Numbered from the stretch's first letter, positions 48,961 to 59,412 are shown. The stretch is DNA of 64,000 nt from Fuerstiella sp. (GCA_014238335.1 JABABI010000035.1:2361-66360); one strand, 5' to 3'. Translations and numbers: made by a program. Notes: generated by a model from the letters alone, not told the origin.

Positions 48961-49850
48961 GAATTAACGTGTTGCACGAACGAGCCCCATTCCCAGCCGG
49001 TAACGACTTCATCAACTTAGATCGTGACCTCCAGGACATCGCCCTGCGTTACTTCGAACGACTGCTGAATCACAAAAATCCCTATACAGGCTTGCGGTAT
49101 AAGGACGATCCTGCATTGGCAGTGCTCGAGTTTCAGAATGAGAGCAACTTGTTCTTCCATACGCTTAACTTTTTGCGTGGCGGCGAGCGTCCGCTGTTCG
49201 CCCGCAGGATGCGGGCGAACTTGGCTTGATGGGCGCCTTCCATTGGGGTAGCGATGGGACGTTGCATGAGTTTCGCGGACAAAAGAGGCGCGCGGGCGAC
49301 TACATCGAGTTCCTCACGAACCTGCAACGAGACTACTGCGCACGTCGCGAACGCGACGTGCGCCAGATCGGCTTCCAGGTTGTTACAGTAACAAAGGCGT
49401 GGAAGTCTGGTGGTCCCACCGCCAGCATGGCGAATCTGGTCGCAGACTATGCCGGCGGCATGATCGATCGACACAATTATTTTGGTGGAGGTGCCGGTGG
49501 ACATGTCATAACAGAAGGTGATGTTGTCACGAAGACGCATCTGGCCTAGCCTGGTCGCGGACTGCTGAGCCCCGGCTGTTCCAGGTCGGCAACAAGCCGT
49601 TTGGAGTCAGTGAGTGGAGCATGTTGCCACCGTCGCCATACAAAGCCGAGGCCGCACCACTTTACGCGTTCTATGGAATGGGATTGCAGGGCTGGGACGC
49701 GGTCTGTCATTTCAACTGCCATGCGCCCAACATGGGCGACGGTTGGCCATCGTTGCGGAATACGTGACGGAGACACCGCACTCTCTTGGCCAGTTTCCGT
49801 TCCATAGTGAACGATGCCAGCTTCACCGTCGGTACGCTTAATCGCCTGAA
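48961..49850 (+). pseudogene. Fragmented glycoside-hydrolase-like (GH5/GH42-related) gene
   Basis: Consecutive fragments in different frames: NHKNPYTGLRYKDDPALAVLEFQNE, IDRHNYFGGG, and FGVSEWSMLPPSPYKAEAAPLYAFYGMGLQGWD. Stops and frameshifts lie between them and the N-terminus is missing. Confidence 0.7.
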
Positions 49851-50649
49851 CGCGAATGCCAGCGTCCATCGACCGCCAGTCCTTCTTAGCGGCGTCCGAA
49901 TACGAATGGCGTCTGAGTGAAGTATTCACCGCACCGCCGAACGGCTTAGAGGGTTCGAGTGATTGCAGGTGGCCATAGAATCGGAAGTAGATCCTTTTCC
50001 CTGCAGGTGAGCGTCTTTTTGACCACTTGCCCGTGCAATCAAACCGTGGTTTTCGGATCGTGTCACGTCATCTTACGTCCGACGGGGTTCTCACTCGGAC
50101 GAGGTCCTTCGTAGAGTTGCCGGTCGAGCGGATTGCGCCGACCACGAGCAATACCCCGACGGTCTGGCGGTGTCAGGTGATCTCTCGTTGTATCCCTCCG
50201 AGCGGCCGTCTGGTCGGTCGGGATTTGCACGCACTGGAAATAGCCGACGCTTGTTGTGCACAATACGCTCGCCCGTTTCGGGGCTGGCGGACGATCCACG
50301 GTAAAATAGAGTGTGAGGGAGATCTGGTGACATACGCGTTAAGCATACGGTTGGCATTACTCGTGCTGTTCGCGGGCATCGTTCCGCTGCAAGCCGGGAG
50401 CCTGAAGAACCCGGGGTTTGAGGAACACGGCGGTTGGCAAGTCGTAATCGTCACCGACAAAGACAAGGCCAGCGCCGCACTTCTCGGAGCATCCGTGTCC
50501 GTCGCATTGATGCTGCAGGTAATTCAGGATTGCCTGCCTCAGGTTATTGAGGACTCAAAATCCGCCGATACGCTTCGCAAATATTTCCAACCTGCGACGT
50601 GGACTTGATGACGACCACTGAAAGAAGAAAGCAAAGTATAGATTTGCCT

Positions 50650-51042
50650 TTTGGTCAGTCCCGTTGCCAAATGTTCGCAAATCGAAGCCATTCCGAGCGT
50701 GCCGACGTCTCGTGGACGTGCCATCTATTTCTCAGTGAAGCCGCCTTGTCGACATTCCACCAATCGCCCCTCCCAGACGGACACGACACCGGCTTCAACC
50801 CAGGCATCAACTTCACTCATAAATCCAGGTGCGTCAGCGGAAAAACGCTTACAGCCATGATCGAACGATAAATCCCGATCAAGGCCGCCAGTCGACGTTC
50901 GACCACCCGGTCTCCGGACCTTGTCAAAGACTTTGACGAAGAGTCCAGCTTTCGCGAGTTGGCGAGCAAACGTAAGGCCCGACAGCCCCACTCCGACTAT
51001 CGCAACCTCAGAAGGCGTTGCTTTTGCTGCAGAATTTGCCAT
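50650..51042 (-). pseudogene. Renalase-like NAD/FAD-dependent oxidoreductase, truncated
   Basis: VAIVGVGLSG, VFDKVRRPGGR, FDHG; in-frame TAG at 50725-50727, then DVGTLGMASICEHLA, and the C-terminal half is lost. Confidence 0.75.
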
Positions 51043-51428
51043 CAGTGCTTGCTCGTTTGCTGCGCCGCACCTGGCGTCAAATTGGAAGTCAAACATCTGG
51101 GCGTGAGAAGTTCAAACAGGCCGCTGCCGGAAGGAAGCTTCATGAGTTGCATCAGAACATAAGCTGAAATGGACATGTTTCCGAAAGCCATCACCAGCAC
51201 GAACCAGAGTACGCGGCTCAACAGCGTTTCTTCCTTCCAGGCGATCCAGACGTAAACAGTGATGAAGCCAAGGTAAGCGTCAAGCAGAGTCACCTGAAAC
51301 CACACGTCCTTCATCAGCGATGCGTTGTCGAAAACGCTGCGGACCTGTGAAGCTCGAACTGTGAACGCAAGAAGCACTGCAAACGCCCCCGCAAACAGAC
51401 AGAACAGGGTTTTGCGGCTCTGAAACAT
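51042..51428 (-). CDS. DUF1475 family membrane protein
   Basis: WFQVTLLDAYLGF...W...GNMSISAYVL pattern with three to four TMs. Confidence 0.8.
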   Translation of the reverse strand: MFQSRKTLFCLFAGAFAVLLAFTVRASQVRSVFDNASLMKDVWFQVTLLDAYLGFITVYVWIAWKEETLLSRVLWFVLVMAFGNMSISAYVLMQLMKLPSGSGLFELLTPRCLTSNLTPGAAQQTSKH

Positions 51429-51544
51429 CGTGGAATTCTCTTCGTATGGCAGAAATTGATAGCGGTCATTGCTCACATGGGCAAGGTGTCGCGGATCGAG
51501 AACCGTTGCCGTCGAAATAGCCGATTCCAGGCTCAGAGTGTCTC

Positions 51545-51826
51545 TTGGCCAACGTCGGCACCAAGCCGTGTTTGCAGCAGCGGCAACTACATCAACAAGA
51601 CGAGCTCCAGCGGCAGTGGCTGTCGGTTCGACTACAAAAAACGAGCGGCGAAGACGCCTGCCCGTTCACAACGCTGTATTGGGAATTTCATGGACCGGCA
51701 CTACGAGTTGCTCAAGGACAACCAACGCATAAAGTTCCCGATGAAAAACCTCGAGAAGATGCGAAAGCAGCCGGACGAGATGGCCAACGCTCAGGAACGA
51801 GCAGCCAAATTGAGAATGCCAGGTGA
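51545..51826 (+). pseudogene. C-terminal remnant of cryptochrome/photolyase-related protein (COG3046, FeS-BCP type)
   Basis: Stitching frames gives VGTKP..SSGNYINK..GCRFDYKKR.GEDACPFTTLYW.FMDRHYELLKDNQRI, with several frameshifts. Confidence 0.72.
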
Positions 51827-51839
51827 CTGATCGACGTAC

Positions 51840-52286
51840 TTATACAGCTCGCAAAAACAGAGCGTTGCATTCGAATTCCGCTAATCCAGAAATTAGCTGG
51901 CAATCGCGTCTATGCGATTTCGCGATGACGTCGGCAGCTCGAATGTTGATTTGGTTCCAGCCCAGTTCCATGAGCGTTGGAATCGACGTGCCGAATACGG
52001 CGGAGTTGATGCCGCTCCAAAGAATTGCACTCATGCACATCGGGCAGGGTTCGGCAGTCGTGTAGAGTGTCAGCGCTTCCCAGTTTGTCTCTCCAGTCGC
52101 CGCGCAATTATTGATCGCGTCGATCTCACCATGTAGCGTTGGATTGTCGCTCGAGCGGTTGATGCCTTCCGCGACGATCACCTGAGATGCATTGTCCACG
52201 ATCACCGTACCGAACGGATTCCGGGGGTTCTCTTTCGCGACTTCAATGGCGCGAGACATGAATTGTTCGTGACTATTATCAAGCAC
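51840..52286 (-). CDS. Nucleoside/guanine deaminase (CDA fold)
   Basis: PFGTVIV, HGE and TAEPCPMC zinc motifs; AGGAG SD before GTG 52286. Confidence 0.9.
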   Translation of the reverse strand: MLDNSHEQFMSRAIEVAKENPRNPFGTVIVDNASQVIVAEGINRSSDNPTLHGEIDAINNCAATGETNWEALTLYTTAEPCPMCMSAILWSGINSAVFGTSIPTLMELGWNQINIRAADVIAKSHRRDCQLISGLAEFECNALFLRAV

Positions 52287-52318
52287 GATTGCTCCTGCCC
52301 GCAGCGGCACAACGTAGG

Positions 52319-52828
52319 CTACTGTTTCGCGGCTGATGTGTTAGCGAGGAGTGCGGAGTCGGCAAGCCGGCAATCCGCGGCCTGCTTTCCAAAGTAGCGA
52401 TTATCGGCCACCCAGTCTTCTCGCGTGTAACTGACCACTGATGTGTCAGTTTCCTGAACTTCCAGCAGGGCCAGACGAAAGCCCATCTGAGTGATTTCCG
52501 TGAACAGTTTGTGGCAGAGATTTTCGACGCTGGTTGGGCCGTCGAAAACGTTGAGCCTGAGTGTCTCGCCAGTGCGTGCCATGTGCCTCTGCAGCGATTC
52601 GTACAGTGGGTCGTGCATATTGATCAACATGCCGTGGTCGTAATGTTCCTTTAGCCAAGGTTCGACCTTCGCGTCGAAGTCACCGAACAGTGTGCTGATG
52701 TCGCCGTCTCGTTCCACTTCGAAATGGCACTTCACGCCGTAACGATGACCATGCAGATTGCTGCATTTGTCCTGCAACGTTTCGTTTCGATGAGCCGCGT
52801 AGAACTTGTACTGTTTTTGAATGATCAT
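52319..52828 (-). CDS. queD: 6-carboxytetrahydropterin synthase / PTPS (QueD-type)
   Basis: FYAAHR...CSNLHGH (CX3HGH), DHGMLIN, PTSVEN, ETDTS. Confidence 0.85.
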   Translation of the reverse strand: MIIQKQYKFYAAHRNETLQDKCSNLHGHRYGVKCHFEVERDGDISTLFGDFDAKVEPWLKEHYDHGMLINMHDPLYESLQRHMARTGETLRLNVFDGPTSVENLCHKLFTEITQMGFRLALLEVQETDTSVVSYTREDWVADNRYFGKQAADCRLADSALLANTSAAKQ

Positions 52829-52841
52829 GGTTTGCCTTTCG

Positions 52842-52865
52842 CAGGGCCGGTTCCCACCGGCCCTG
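52842..52865. repeat. Intercistronic GC-rich hairpin between folE and queD
   Basis: CAGGGCCGG-TTCCCA-CCGGCCCTG, a 9-bp perfect stem. Confidence 0.8.
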
Positions 52866-52868
52866 TGA

Positions 52869-53531
52869 TCACTGATTGATCAGAGACATCAATTCCGCTC
52901 GGCTGGCGGCATCGTTGCGAAAGCTGCCTCGCATAGAACTCGTGACGGTCATACTTCCGGGCTTCCGGATGCCGCGGATTGACATGCAGGAATGTTCCGC
53001 CTTCACGATGACTCCGACGGCGCTGCTCTGCAAACGGTCTTCTATCAGATCGGCGACAGTCTGAGTCATACGTTCCTGAACCTGAGGTCGACGAGAAACT
53101 TCTTCGACGACGCGAGCGAGTTTACTCAGGCCCGTCACGCGACCATTCGGAATGTAAGCCAGATGAGCGACGCCTCGAAATGGCAACAGATGATGTTCGC
53201 ACATGCTGGTGAATTCGATGTCGCGAACCAGCACGATTTCGTCGTAATTTTCTTCGAATGTCACGTCCAGATGCCGACCGGGATCCAGGTGCAGACCTGC
53301 GAACATTTCAGCGTACATTTTCGCCACTCGCCGCGGAGTCTCCAGCAGACCATCGCGATCAGGGTCTTCACCGACAGCTTTGAGAATTGTGCGAACAGCA
53401 CCGTTGATGGCGTTCAGATCAACGTGGGGCTTCATCACGTTCTTTGCTGTCAGCGATTCTGCCTTAACATGCACGCACTTGTAATCGACTTCGGTATCGC
53501 CGGGAATTGTTTCAGGGAAGGCAATGGGCAT
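52869..53531 (-). CDS. folE: GTP cyclohydrolase I
   Basis: REGL-like RDGLLETPRRVA, SMCEHHLLPF, GLSKLAR, QVQERMT, HSCMSIRG. Confidence 0.95.
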   Translation of the reverse strand: MPIAFPETIPGDTEVDYKCVHVKAESLTAKNVMKPHVDLNAINGAVRTILKAVGEDPDRDGLLETPRRVAKMYAEMFAGLHLDPGRHLDVTFEENYDEIVLVRDIEFTSMCEHHLLPFRGVAHLAYIPNGRVTGLSKLARVVEEVSRRPQVQERMTQTVADLIEDRLQSSAVGVIVKAEHSCMSIRGIRKPGSMTVTSSMRGSFRNDAASRAELMSLINQ

Positions 53532-53706
53532 GAATGATTCTTTCGTATTCAGCGTACGACAGGCCTGCGTGATTGTAGATTGATTTAATTCCAGGTCCAC
53601 ATGAACCGGACAGGCAGAGTGCCTGCCATTAGTGCGACCACGGCACGAAAATGGGAGGCTGGAATTTGTTCCAGTCTCCCAGGCGCGTCTTCGCCACCCG
53701 TCCTGG

Positions 53707-54711
53707 CTACGGGAGGATGACGCTGTCGATGACATGGATAACGCCGTTGCTGGTTTCGATATCGGTGGCGATCACTTTCGCACTGTCAATCATGACACCG
53801 GCGTCACTCACTTTGACCAAAGCCGACTTGCCGTTAACTGTCTTCGCAGACGAAATCTTTACGACGTCACTGGCGAGCACTTTGCCAGCCACAACGTGGT
53901 AAGTCAGGATTGCGATGAGCTGATCCTTATTCTCAGGCTTCAGCAGATTGGCAACAGTGCCTTTCGGCAATTTTGCGAAGGCGTCATCGGTTGGTGCAAA
54001 CACGGTGAACGGTCCTTCGCTCTTAAGCGTGTCGACAAGACCGGCAGCTTTCACAGCAGCGACAAGCGTCTTGAATGAACCCGCTCGTACGGCGGTGTCT
54101 ACGATGTCATTGTCGGCCGGCAGAATGACGCTGTCGATGACATGAATAACGCCGTTGCTGGTTTCGATGTCAGTTTTCACGACGTTGGCACCATCGACGG
54201 TGACCTTGCCGTCAGCCACTTTGATATCGACCTGCTGCCCCTGAACAGTTTTTGCATTGCTCAGCTTAATAACATCCGAAGCCATCACTTTGCCAGCGAC
54301 AACGTGGTAGGTCAAAATCGCCTGCAGCTTGGCCTTGTTTTCTGGTTTCAGCAGGCTTTCCACTGTTCCCTTTGGCAGTTTTGCGAATGCTGCGTCGGTT
54401 GGAGCAAACACGGTAAACGGTCCATCTCCCTTCAGTGTGTCAACTAAGCCAGCGGCCTGTACAGCGGCAACCAGCGTCTTAAACGATCCGGCTCCCACTG
54501 CCGTGTCAACGATGTCTGCTTTGGCAGCGGCGTGGAAAGCCACCGGATGGGCCGCGACCGGTTGAGCTGCAGGATGGGCTGCCGTTGTGATGTGTGACTG
54601 CTGCTGCTGGCATGGCTTGCTGCTGAGAATAACCGTGCCTTTGCATTTCTGCCCGGCGTTGGCTGTGGATGCGAGCATTGCGACGGCCGTGAGTGCGATG
54701 AGCTTCTTCAT
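53707..54711 (-). CDS. Secreted fasciclin protein with two FAS1 domains
   Basis: Signal peptide; two near-identical repeats [18 protein letters not shown]...[16 protein letters not shown]...[14 protein letters not shown]. Confidence 0.95.
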   Translation of the reverse strand: MKKLIALTAVAMLASTANAGQKCKGTVILSSKPCQQQQSHITTAAHPAAQPVAAHPVAFHAAAKADIVDTAVGAGSFKTLVAAVQAAGLVDTLKGDGPFTVFAPTDAAFAKLPKGTVESLLKPENKAKLQAILTYHVVAGKVMASDVIKLSNAKTVQGQQVDIKVADGKVTVDGANVVKTDIETSNGVIHVIDSVILPADNDIVDTAVRAGSFKTLVAAVKAAGLVDTLKSEGPFTVFAPTDDAFAKLPKGTVANLLKPENKDQLIAILTYHVVAGKVLASDVVKISSAKTVNGKSALVKVSDAGVMIDSAKVIATDIETSNGVIHVIDSVILP

Positions 54712-55016
54712 GATCTTAGTTTTCCTGGTGTGCGGTTGAGTTGCGTGTTCAGAGTCAAACATGACTTCAATTTCCATCGATGGCAGTTTGTAGAACGCGG
54801 CTTAACTACGTCCACAAGAATGTTGAGATGACAGAGACAGTTTGGCAGGCGGTGCGTAGTGAGATTGGTATAAACCCGTCGTTATGCAGGCCAAAGCATT
54901 CGTTCACAATAGTTACAAATCAGACCATGCCCCGCCGCGCCGATAGCTGGTGTCTCAACGGACTGAGTTGAGATCGTATGAATCCCCGAGGTCGTTTGGT
55001 TTTCAGTTCTCACACA

Positions 55017-55199
55017 TTAAAGCGGCTTCGGTGCCAGAGGACTGGCAACGGCAGCGCGCCTGTCGTCTTCTTCTGTCAGTTGATTTCGGCCGTCACCTGT
55101 CGACTCTGGGCGCGATGTGCCGATGACTGAGATCAGCGAAGACGCAATCGCCACAGCGAAAACGAGCATTCCGAAAATGAATATTGAGGTGTCACTCAT
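55017..55199 (-). CDS. Small single-TM hypothetical protein
   Basis: MSDTSIFIFGMLVFAVAIASSLI; ATG overlaps the end of the upstream small gene. Confidence 0.55.
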   Translation of the reverse strand: MSDTSIFIFGMLVFAVAIASSLISVIGTSRPESTGDGRNQLTEEDDRRAAVASPLAPKPL

Positions 55200-55368
55200 C
55201 ACGACCGCCAGACAGCAGCAATGTGCCAAAAGAGAGTATGGAGGGCACCCATAAGCCGACGAATGCGCCCTGCTCTTTGTTGCCTCCGAACCAGAGCCAA
55301 ATCGACAGGAGAAAGGAAGCGCCGGCCGCGGTAATAAAACCGATCTTGGCCTGTGAGCGTTTAGACAT
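55192..55368 (-). CDS. Small two-TM hypothetical protein
   Basis: ...SFLLSIWLWFGGNKEQGAFVGLWVPSILSFG helical-hairpin pattern; AAAGGA SD. Confidence 0.65.
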   Translation of the reverse strand: MSKRSQAKIGFITAAGASFLLSIWLWFGGNKEQGAFVGLWVPSILSFGTLLLSGGRDE

Positions 55369-55646
55369 AGAACTCATTCCTTTTTGCAAAAGTGTATTGT
55401 TCTTCTGTTAGTAGACTCGTGCGGCACATCGACCAGAGGAACTGGTACCCGGGAGTTCCTCAATTGACGCGCGTCAGATTCCGCCAGCGAACGCGCATTG
55501 CCCCTGGGCAAACACCGAAGTCTCTAACGAGATGAGCTGCGTTGCTGGCATCAGGAGTCCTCCCTCATGGAGCGCTAGGTAACAGCACGTCGCCGAGCGA
55601 AATCGCAGCGTCACGAATTGGTCATCAGACGGTGAACAGCGCACTG

Positions 55647-55838
55647 TCAGGTGTTGGCACTCTTCTTGCCGACGGATTCTGCGGCTTCGATTTCCCGCAG
55701 TAAGCTGTCGGCTTCAGCGGAGACTCGTGCAAACCCAATGATGTCCCCTTTCCGCTGCAAATCACGAGCTTCGGTGAGCATCACCGCGTATTTATTTTCC
55801 AGCTTCTTCACAGGGTTTCGCTTGAACAGGCCGAACAT
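55647..55838 (-). CDS. DUF6435 / Lacal_2735-like small protein
   Basis: MFGLFKRNPVKKLENKY..MLTEARDLQRKGDI..FA pattern. Confidence 0.7.
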   Translation of the reverse strand: MFGLFKRNPVKKLENKYAVMLTEARDLQRKGDIIGFARVSAEADSLLREIEAAESVGKKSANT

Positions 55839-56010
55839 CGTAGGGGTCTCCGATTTCTAAGTTTGTTGCCGTTGGTCGTAGCGGAAGCCGCCACGACTTT
55901 CGGCCTCTCCAAGTAGCAAGGCAAACCAAAAGTCCTGACTGTCTGTTGATCTAGTGACGGCCTATTGACTAAATCAAAAACGTTGGCGACTTCCGCTACG
56001 AGTGACCGCA

Positions 56011-56967
56011 TCAATCGCCATCCGTTGCTGCTGAATCGATGGTAGAATGAGGCACGTCATTCATCGCGAAGCCCTGCAGTCGCTCGAGTGCTCGAAGCTG
56101 TAGCTGCCGGACTCGTTCCTTGCTCAATCCCATAGCGTCGCCGATCTCGCGCAGGGTTTTACCGTTGTCTGATTCCAGACCGAATCGAGAAATGACCACT
56201 CTTTGTTCTCGCTCAGGCAGCACCTTTTCTATCAACCAACGCACGTAATCGACTCTGCGGTTCTGTTCTTCGTATCCCCGCAAGTCGCTGCGATCTTCCA
56301 CGGAATCCAGAAGAATTTCGGGAGCCGTGGACACTTCTGTCAGCCGAAGCTTCTGTCGTTTACCGGAGCTGCGGTAGAGTTCTCGCTGGACAGAGTGTGT
56401 GGCGTATGTGCTGAACCGAAATCCGCGGCTGTAGTCGAATCGTTCGACGGCCTTAATCAGAATCAGGTTTCCCGTGCTGACCATCTCATCCAATGCATCG
56501 GCCGCGTGTTTCAATCGCCGAGCAATCGACACCACCAGTCGCGCATTGGCCTGCACAATGTAATTGCGAACATCAGTCGCTTCACTCAACATACGCTCGA
56601 TGTCATCCATCGACCCTGCATTGGGCCGTGCCGGGTTCAATCGACTCCGCAGGACGTTGCTTCTGTGTTTCAGATAGTTCATCCGCCGAAACAGGTCCGT
56701 TTCTTCGTCGGGACTCAGCAGAGGAATTTCCCACAGGTGCCGCAGATGGCCCGGCACATCAGACGGCGCTTTTCTCCGCCGTCTGGCCGGTACCTGAGAC
56801 GCGGAATGTTCCAGAATGCGTCGCTCCGCGCCGGGCCGTTCGAATTCTGCGCTGTAAATGAAGTTCACCTCGCACTGAATGATCCTTCTGGCTCGCTTTG
56901 ATCGTTCTGATTTCTTCGAAGTGTCATTGTGCTCGGTCGGTTCACGGTCAATGGCGGGTGCTGACAT
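56011..56967 (-). CDS. Sigma-70 family RNA polymerase sigma factor (regions 1.2, 2 and 4; no region 1.1)
   Basis: PLLSPDEETDL, NARLVVSIAR, AVERFDYSRGFRFSTYAT, TLREIGDAMGLSKERVRQL. Confidence 0.92.
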   Translation of the reverse strand: MSAPAIDREPTEHNDTSKKSERSKRARRIIQCEVNFIYSAEFERPGAERRILEHSASQVPARRRRKAPSDVPGHLRHLWEIPLLSPDEETDLFRRMNYLKHRSNVLRSRLNPARPNAGSMDDIERMLSEATDVRNYIVQANARLVVSIARRLKHAADALDEMVSTGNLILIKAVERFDYSRGFRFSTYATHSVQRELYRSSGKRQKLRLTEVSTAPEILLDSVEDRSDLRGYEEQNRRVDYVRWLIEKVLPEREQRVVISRFGLESDNGKTLREIGDAMGLSKERVRQLQLRALERLQGFAMNDVPHSTIDSAATDGD

Positions 56968-57211
56968 GTTCTTTTTCCTGATCGTTAGCAACACAGAGAT
57001 GATTTGGTCTGATGCACAAACCGCAGCAACTGTCCGAATGAAACACGAAGCCTGACGCTGCTTGACACTTTCCCTAATTCGATGCTTGAGCAGGCTCACC
57101 CTGTCCGGCCTTTGAGACACGCTCGATTTCTCATGGCCAGATGGTCATTGCTGTCTAAAACCGGGGCATCCAACTGCTATTTCAATGATCCCAATCACTG
57201 GAGACGCGAAA

Positions 57212-57418
57212 ATGTCCGAAAGCACAGACACGAAGACATGGCCCGAACTGGCAATCGGCCTGTACGACCAGCTCACTGACCGAAACGCGGAAATCGTGTA
57301 CAATTTCGATAACTTCGAACTTGGTATTCCCAGCAGCACGGACGCGACCGCTCAACACGCTCACTGGAAGCTGAACGGAGCGATCCGCGTAACAACCCAC
57401 AGCGGAGCGAGCAATTGA
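57212..57418 (+). CDS. Conserved hypothetical protein
   Basis: GGAGA SD; TWPELAIGLYDQLT...HAHWKLNG; overlaps the next gene by 4 nt. Confidence 0.7.
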   Translation: MSESTDTKTWPELAIGLYDQLTDRNAEIVYNFDNFELGIPSSTDATAQHAHWKLNGAIRVTTHSGASN

Positions 57419-57735
57419 CAATCGAACGGCTGTTTTCCGTCGATGCGGACATGACCATCGACGTCGGCGACGACCGAGTGTACGTACGTGGAGACGGCAG
57501 CAGCGTGGTTGTTGAAGTGCCGAGTATTTCACTGGTCTTTCAGATGTTGCGTTCCGTCGGCTCCATCAAGCCGGTCCGAGAGCGGGTTACGGATCTGTCC
57601 CAACTGCTGACCAACGTCGGCCTGACGATAATAGTGCGGACTCCCGGTCGCCGGTTGATGACGATCGGTCGAGACGGCAATTCGTGGTTGCTAAAGCTGT
57701 TCGGTGTTCCGCATGCCAGGCTGCACCTATCATGA
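57415..57735 (+). CDS. Hypothetical protein, coupled to the upstream gene
   Basis: TTGA start/stop overlap; plausible globular composition. Confidence 0.6.
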   Translation: MTIERLFSVDADMTIDVGDDRVYVRGDGSSVVVEVPSISLVFQMLRSVGSIKPVRERVTDLSQLLTNVGLTIIVRTPGRRLMTIGRDGNSWLLKLFGVPHARLHLS

Positions 57736-57880
57736 CGCTCGCTATAGATGATGAATCCACGGTCGGTGCAACTGCATTTGTTTAATCCGTTGCCGCAGGC
57801 TAGGTTTTGTTGGTGCACCGCCTCCACCTCTTCGAGTCGGGTTAGAATCACGAGTGTTGGCTTCAGATGATCCGCAACTT

Positions 57881-59377
57881 ATGAACCCACCTCGCAGAAT
57901 CCTCATTACAGGTGGCACCGGCTATGTTGGAGGACGTCTCATCCCGTTGCTGCGAGACCATAGTGACGACTTCCAACTTCGCCTGATGGCGCGGAAGCCG
58001 GAATATCTTCGTGCTCGAGTTGGCGATGACTGCAAAATCGTCGCCGGCGACGTGACCAAACCGGAAACGCTGACGGCCGCTCTGGAAGGCATCGATACGG
58101 CATACTACCTGATCCATTCGATGGGCAGCGGACAGGATTTCGAAGATCAGGACCGGCTGGCCGCCAGAAATTTCGCTCAGGCGGCACAAGCGAGCGGCGT
58201 CAAACGTATCGTCTATCTCGGCGGTCTGGGGGAACAGGACGAATCGCTGTCGAAACACCTGCGGAGCCGTCACGAAGTGGGTGAGGTCCTTCGGGAATCC
58301 GGTGCTCAGGTGATCGAATTTCGCGCATCTATCGTCATTGGTTCCGGCAGTCTGTCGTTTGAACTCATCCGAGCGCTTGTGCAAAAGCTGCCGGTGATGA
58401 TTTGTCCAAAGTGGGTGTCGACGAAAGCTCAGCCAATCGCCATCGAAGACGTGCAGACTTATTTAATAAATGCTCTCGACCATGAACCCGGTCAAAGCCG
58501 GGTCTACGAAATCGGAGGGCCGGATCAGGTTTCCTACGGCGATCTGATGCGTGAATACTCGCGCCAACGTGGACTGAAACGCCTGATGCTCCCGGTGCCG
58601 TTTCTTTCGGCTCGATTATCGAGCCTGTGGCTGGGCTTGGTCACGCCGGTGTATGCGACGATCGGCCGCAAACTGGTCGAGAGTCTGAAGAATCCAACTG
58701 TTGTTAATGACAACTCGGCACTGGAAGCGTTTGCTTTGCGGCCCATGTCGCTTGAATCTGCCATTCAACGTGCGTTGTCGAAAGAAGATCAGGAATTCGC
58801 CACCACCCGTTGGCAGGATGCCGTCTCCTCTTCCATGGCCCCACGCAGATTCGGCGGCGTGCAATTCGCGTCTCGCCTTGTTGATTGTCGGAGGATCTCG
58901 GTGAACCTCAAGCCGGAGAAGGCCTTCGCGCCAATTCAGCGAATCGGTGGCAAAACCGGCTGGTACTACGGCAATTCCCTGTGGCGAATTCGAGGCTTCA
59001 TGGACCTGCTCGTTGGTGGACCCGGGCTTCGACGCGGTCGGCGGCATCCGGTTGACCTCAAAGTTGGTGACACTCTGGACTGCTGGCGCGTCGAAAAGAT
59101 CGACACCCCGCATGAACTACGCCTGTACGCCGAGATGCGACTTCCGGGCCGTGCCTGGCTTGAATTCACAGTGACTCCCAACGTGGACGGTTGCGAGATT
59201 ACTCAAACAGCAATGTTCGACCCGGTCGGCCTTTTTGGTCTGTGCTACTGGTACTCCATCTGGCCACTGCATCAGTTTATTTTCACGGGAATGCTGCGAC
59301 GAATCGCCGAAGCCGGCACATCAGGTCGTTTCGACAAAAGCTCGAGTGAAAGATCGGCCGCAACGTCTAAAGTCTGA
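57881..59377 (+). CDS. SDR/NAD(P)-binding oxidoreductase with C-terminal DUF2867 (YbjT-like)
   Basis: [32 protein letters not shown]; IGGKTGWYY...[11 protein letters not shown]. Confidence 0.92.
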   Translation: MNPPRRILITGGTGYVGGRLIPLLRDHSDDFQLRLMARKPEYLRARVGDDCKIVAGDVTKPETLTAALEGIDTAYYLIHSMGSGQDFEDQDRLAARNFAQAAQASGVKRIVYLGGLGEQDESLSKHLRSRHEVGEVLRESGAQVIEFRASIVIGSGSLSFELIRALVQKLPVMICPKWVSTKAQPIAIEDVQTYLINALDHEPGQSRVYEIGGPDQVSYGDLMREYSRQRGLKRLMLPVPFLSARLSSLWLGLVTPVYATIGRKLVESLKNPTVVNDNSALEAFALRPMSLESAIQRALSKEDQEFATTRWQDAVSSSMAPRRFGGVQFASRLVDCRRISVNLKPEKAFAPIQRIGGKTGWYYGNSLWRIRGFMDLLVGGPGLRRGRRHPVDLKVGDTLDCWRVEKIDTPHELRLYAEMRLPGRAWLEFTVTPNVDGCEITQTAMFDPVGLFGLCYWYSIWPLHQFIFTGMLRRIAEAGTSGRFDKSSSERSAATSKV

Positions 59378-59412
59378 CGTATCGACGGCAGGCTGATGAG
59401 GAAACTGACGCT

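Noticed and set aside
49940-49975. GGTTCGAGT resembling a tRNA T-loop
   Set aside because: No cloverleaf, acceptor stem or CCA end can be built around it.
50007-50030. GTGAGCGTC resembling an IS66 terminus
   Set aside because: No partner IR or IS66 ORFs are visible, and the match is too short.
50725-50727. In-frame TAG in the renalase-like gene as pyrrolysine or readthrough
   Set aside because: Surrounding motifs are degenerate and the C-terminal half is missing, so this is decay.
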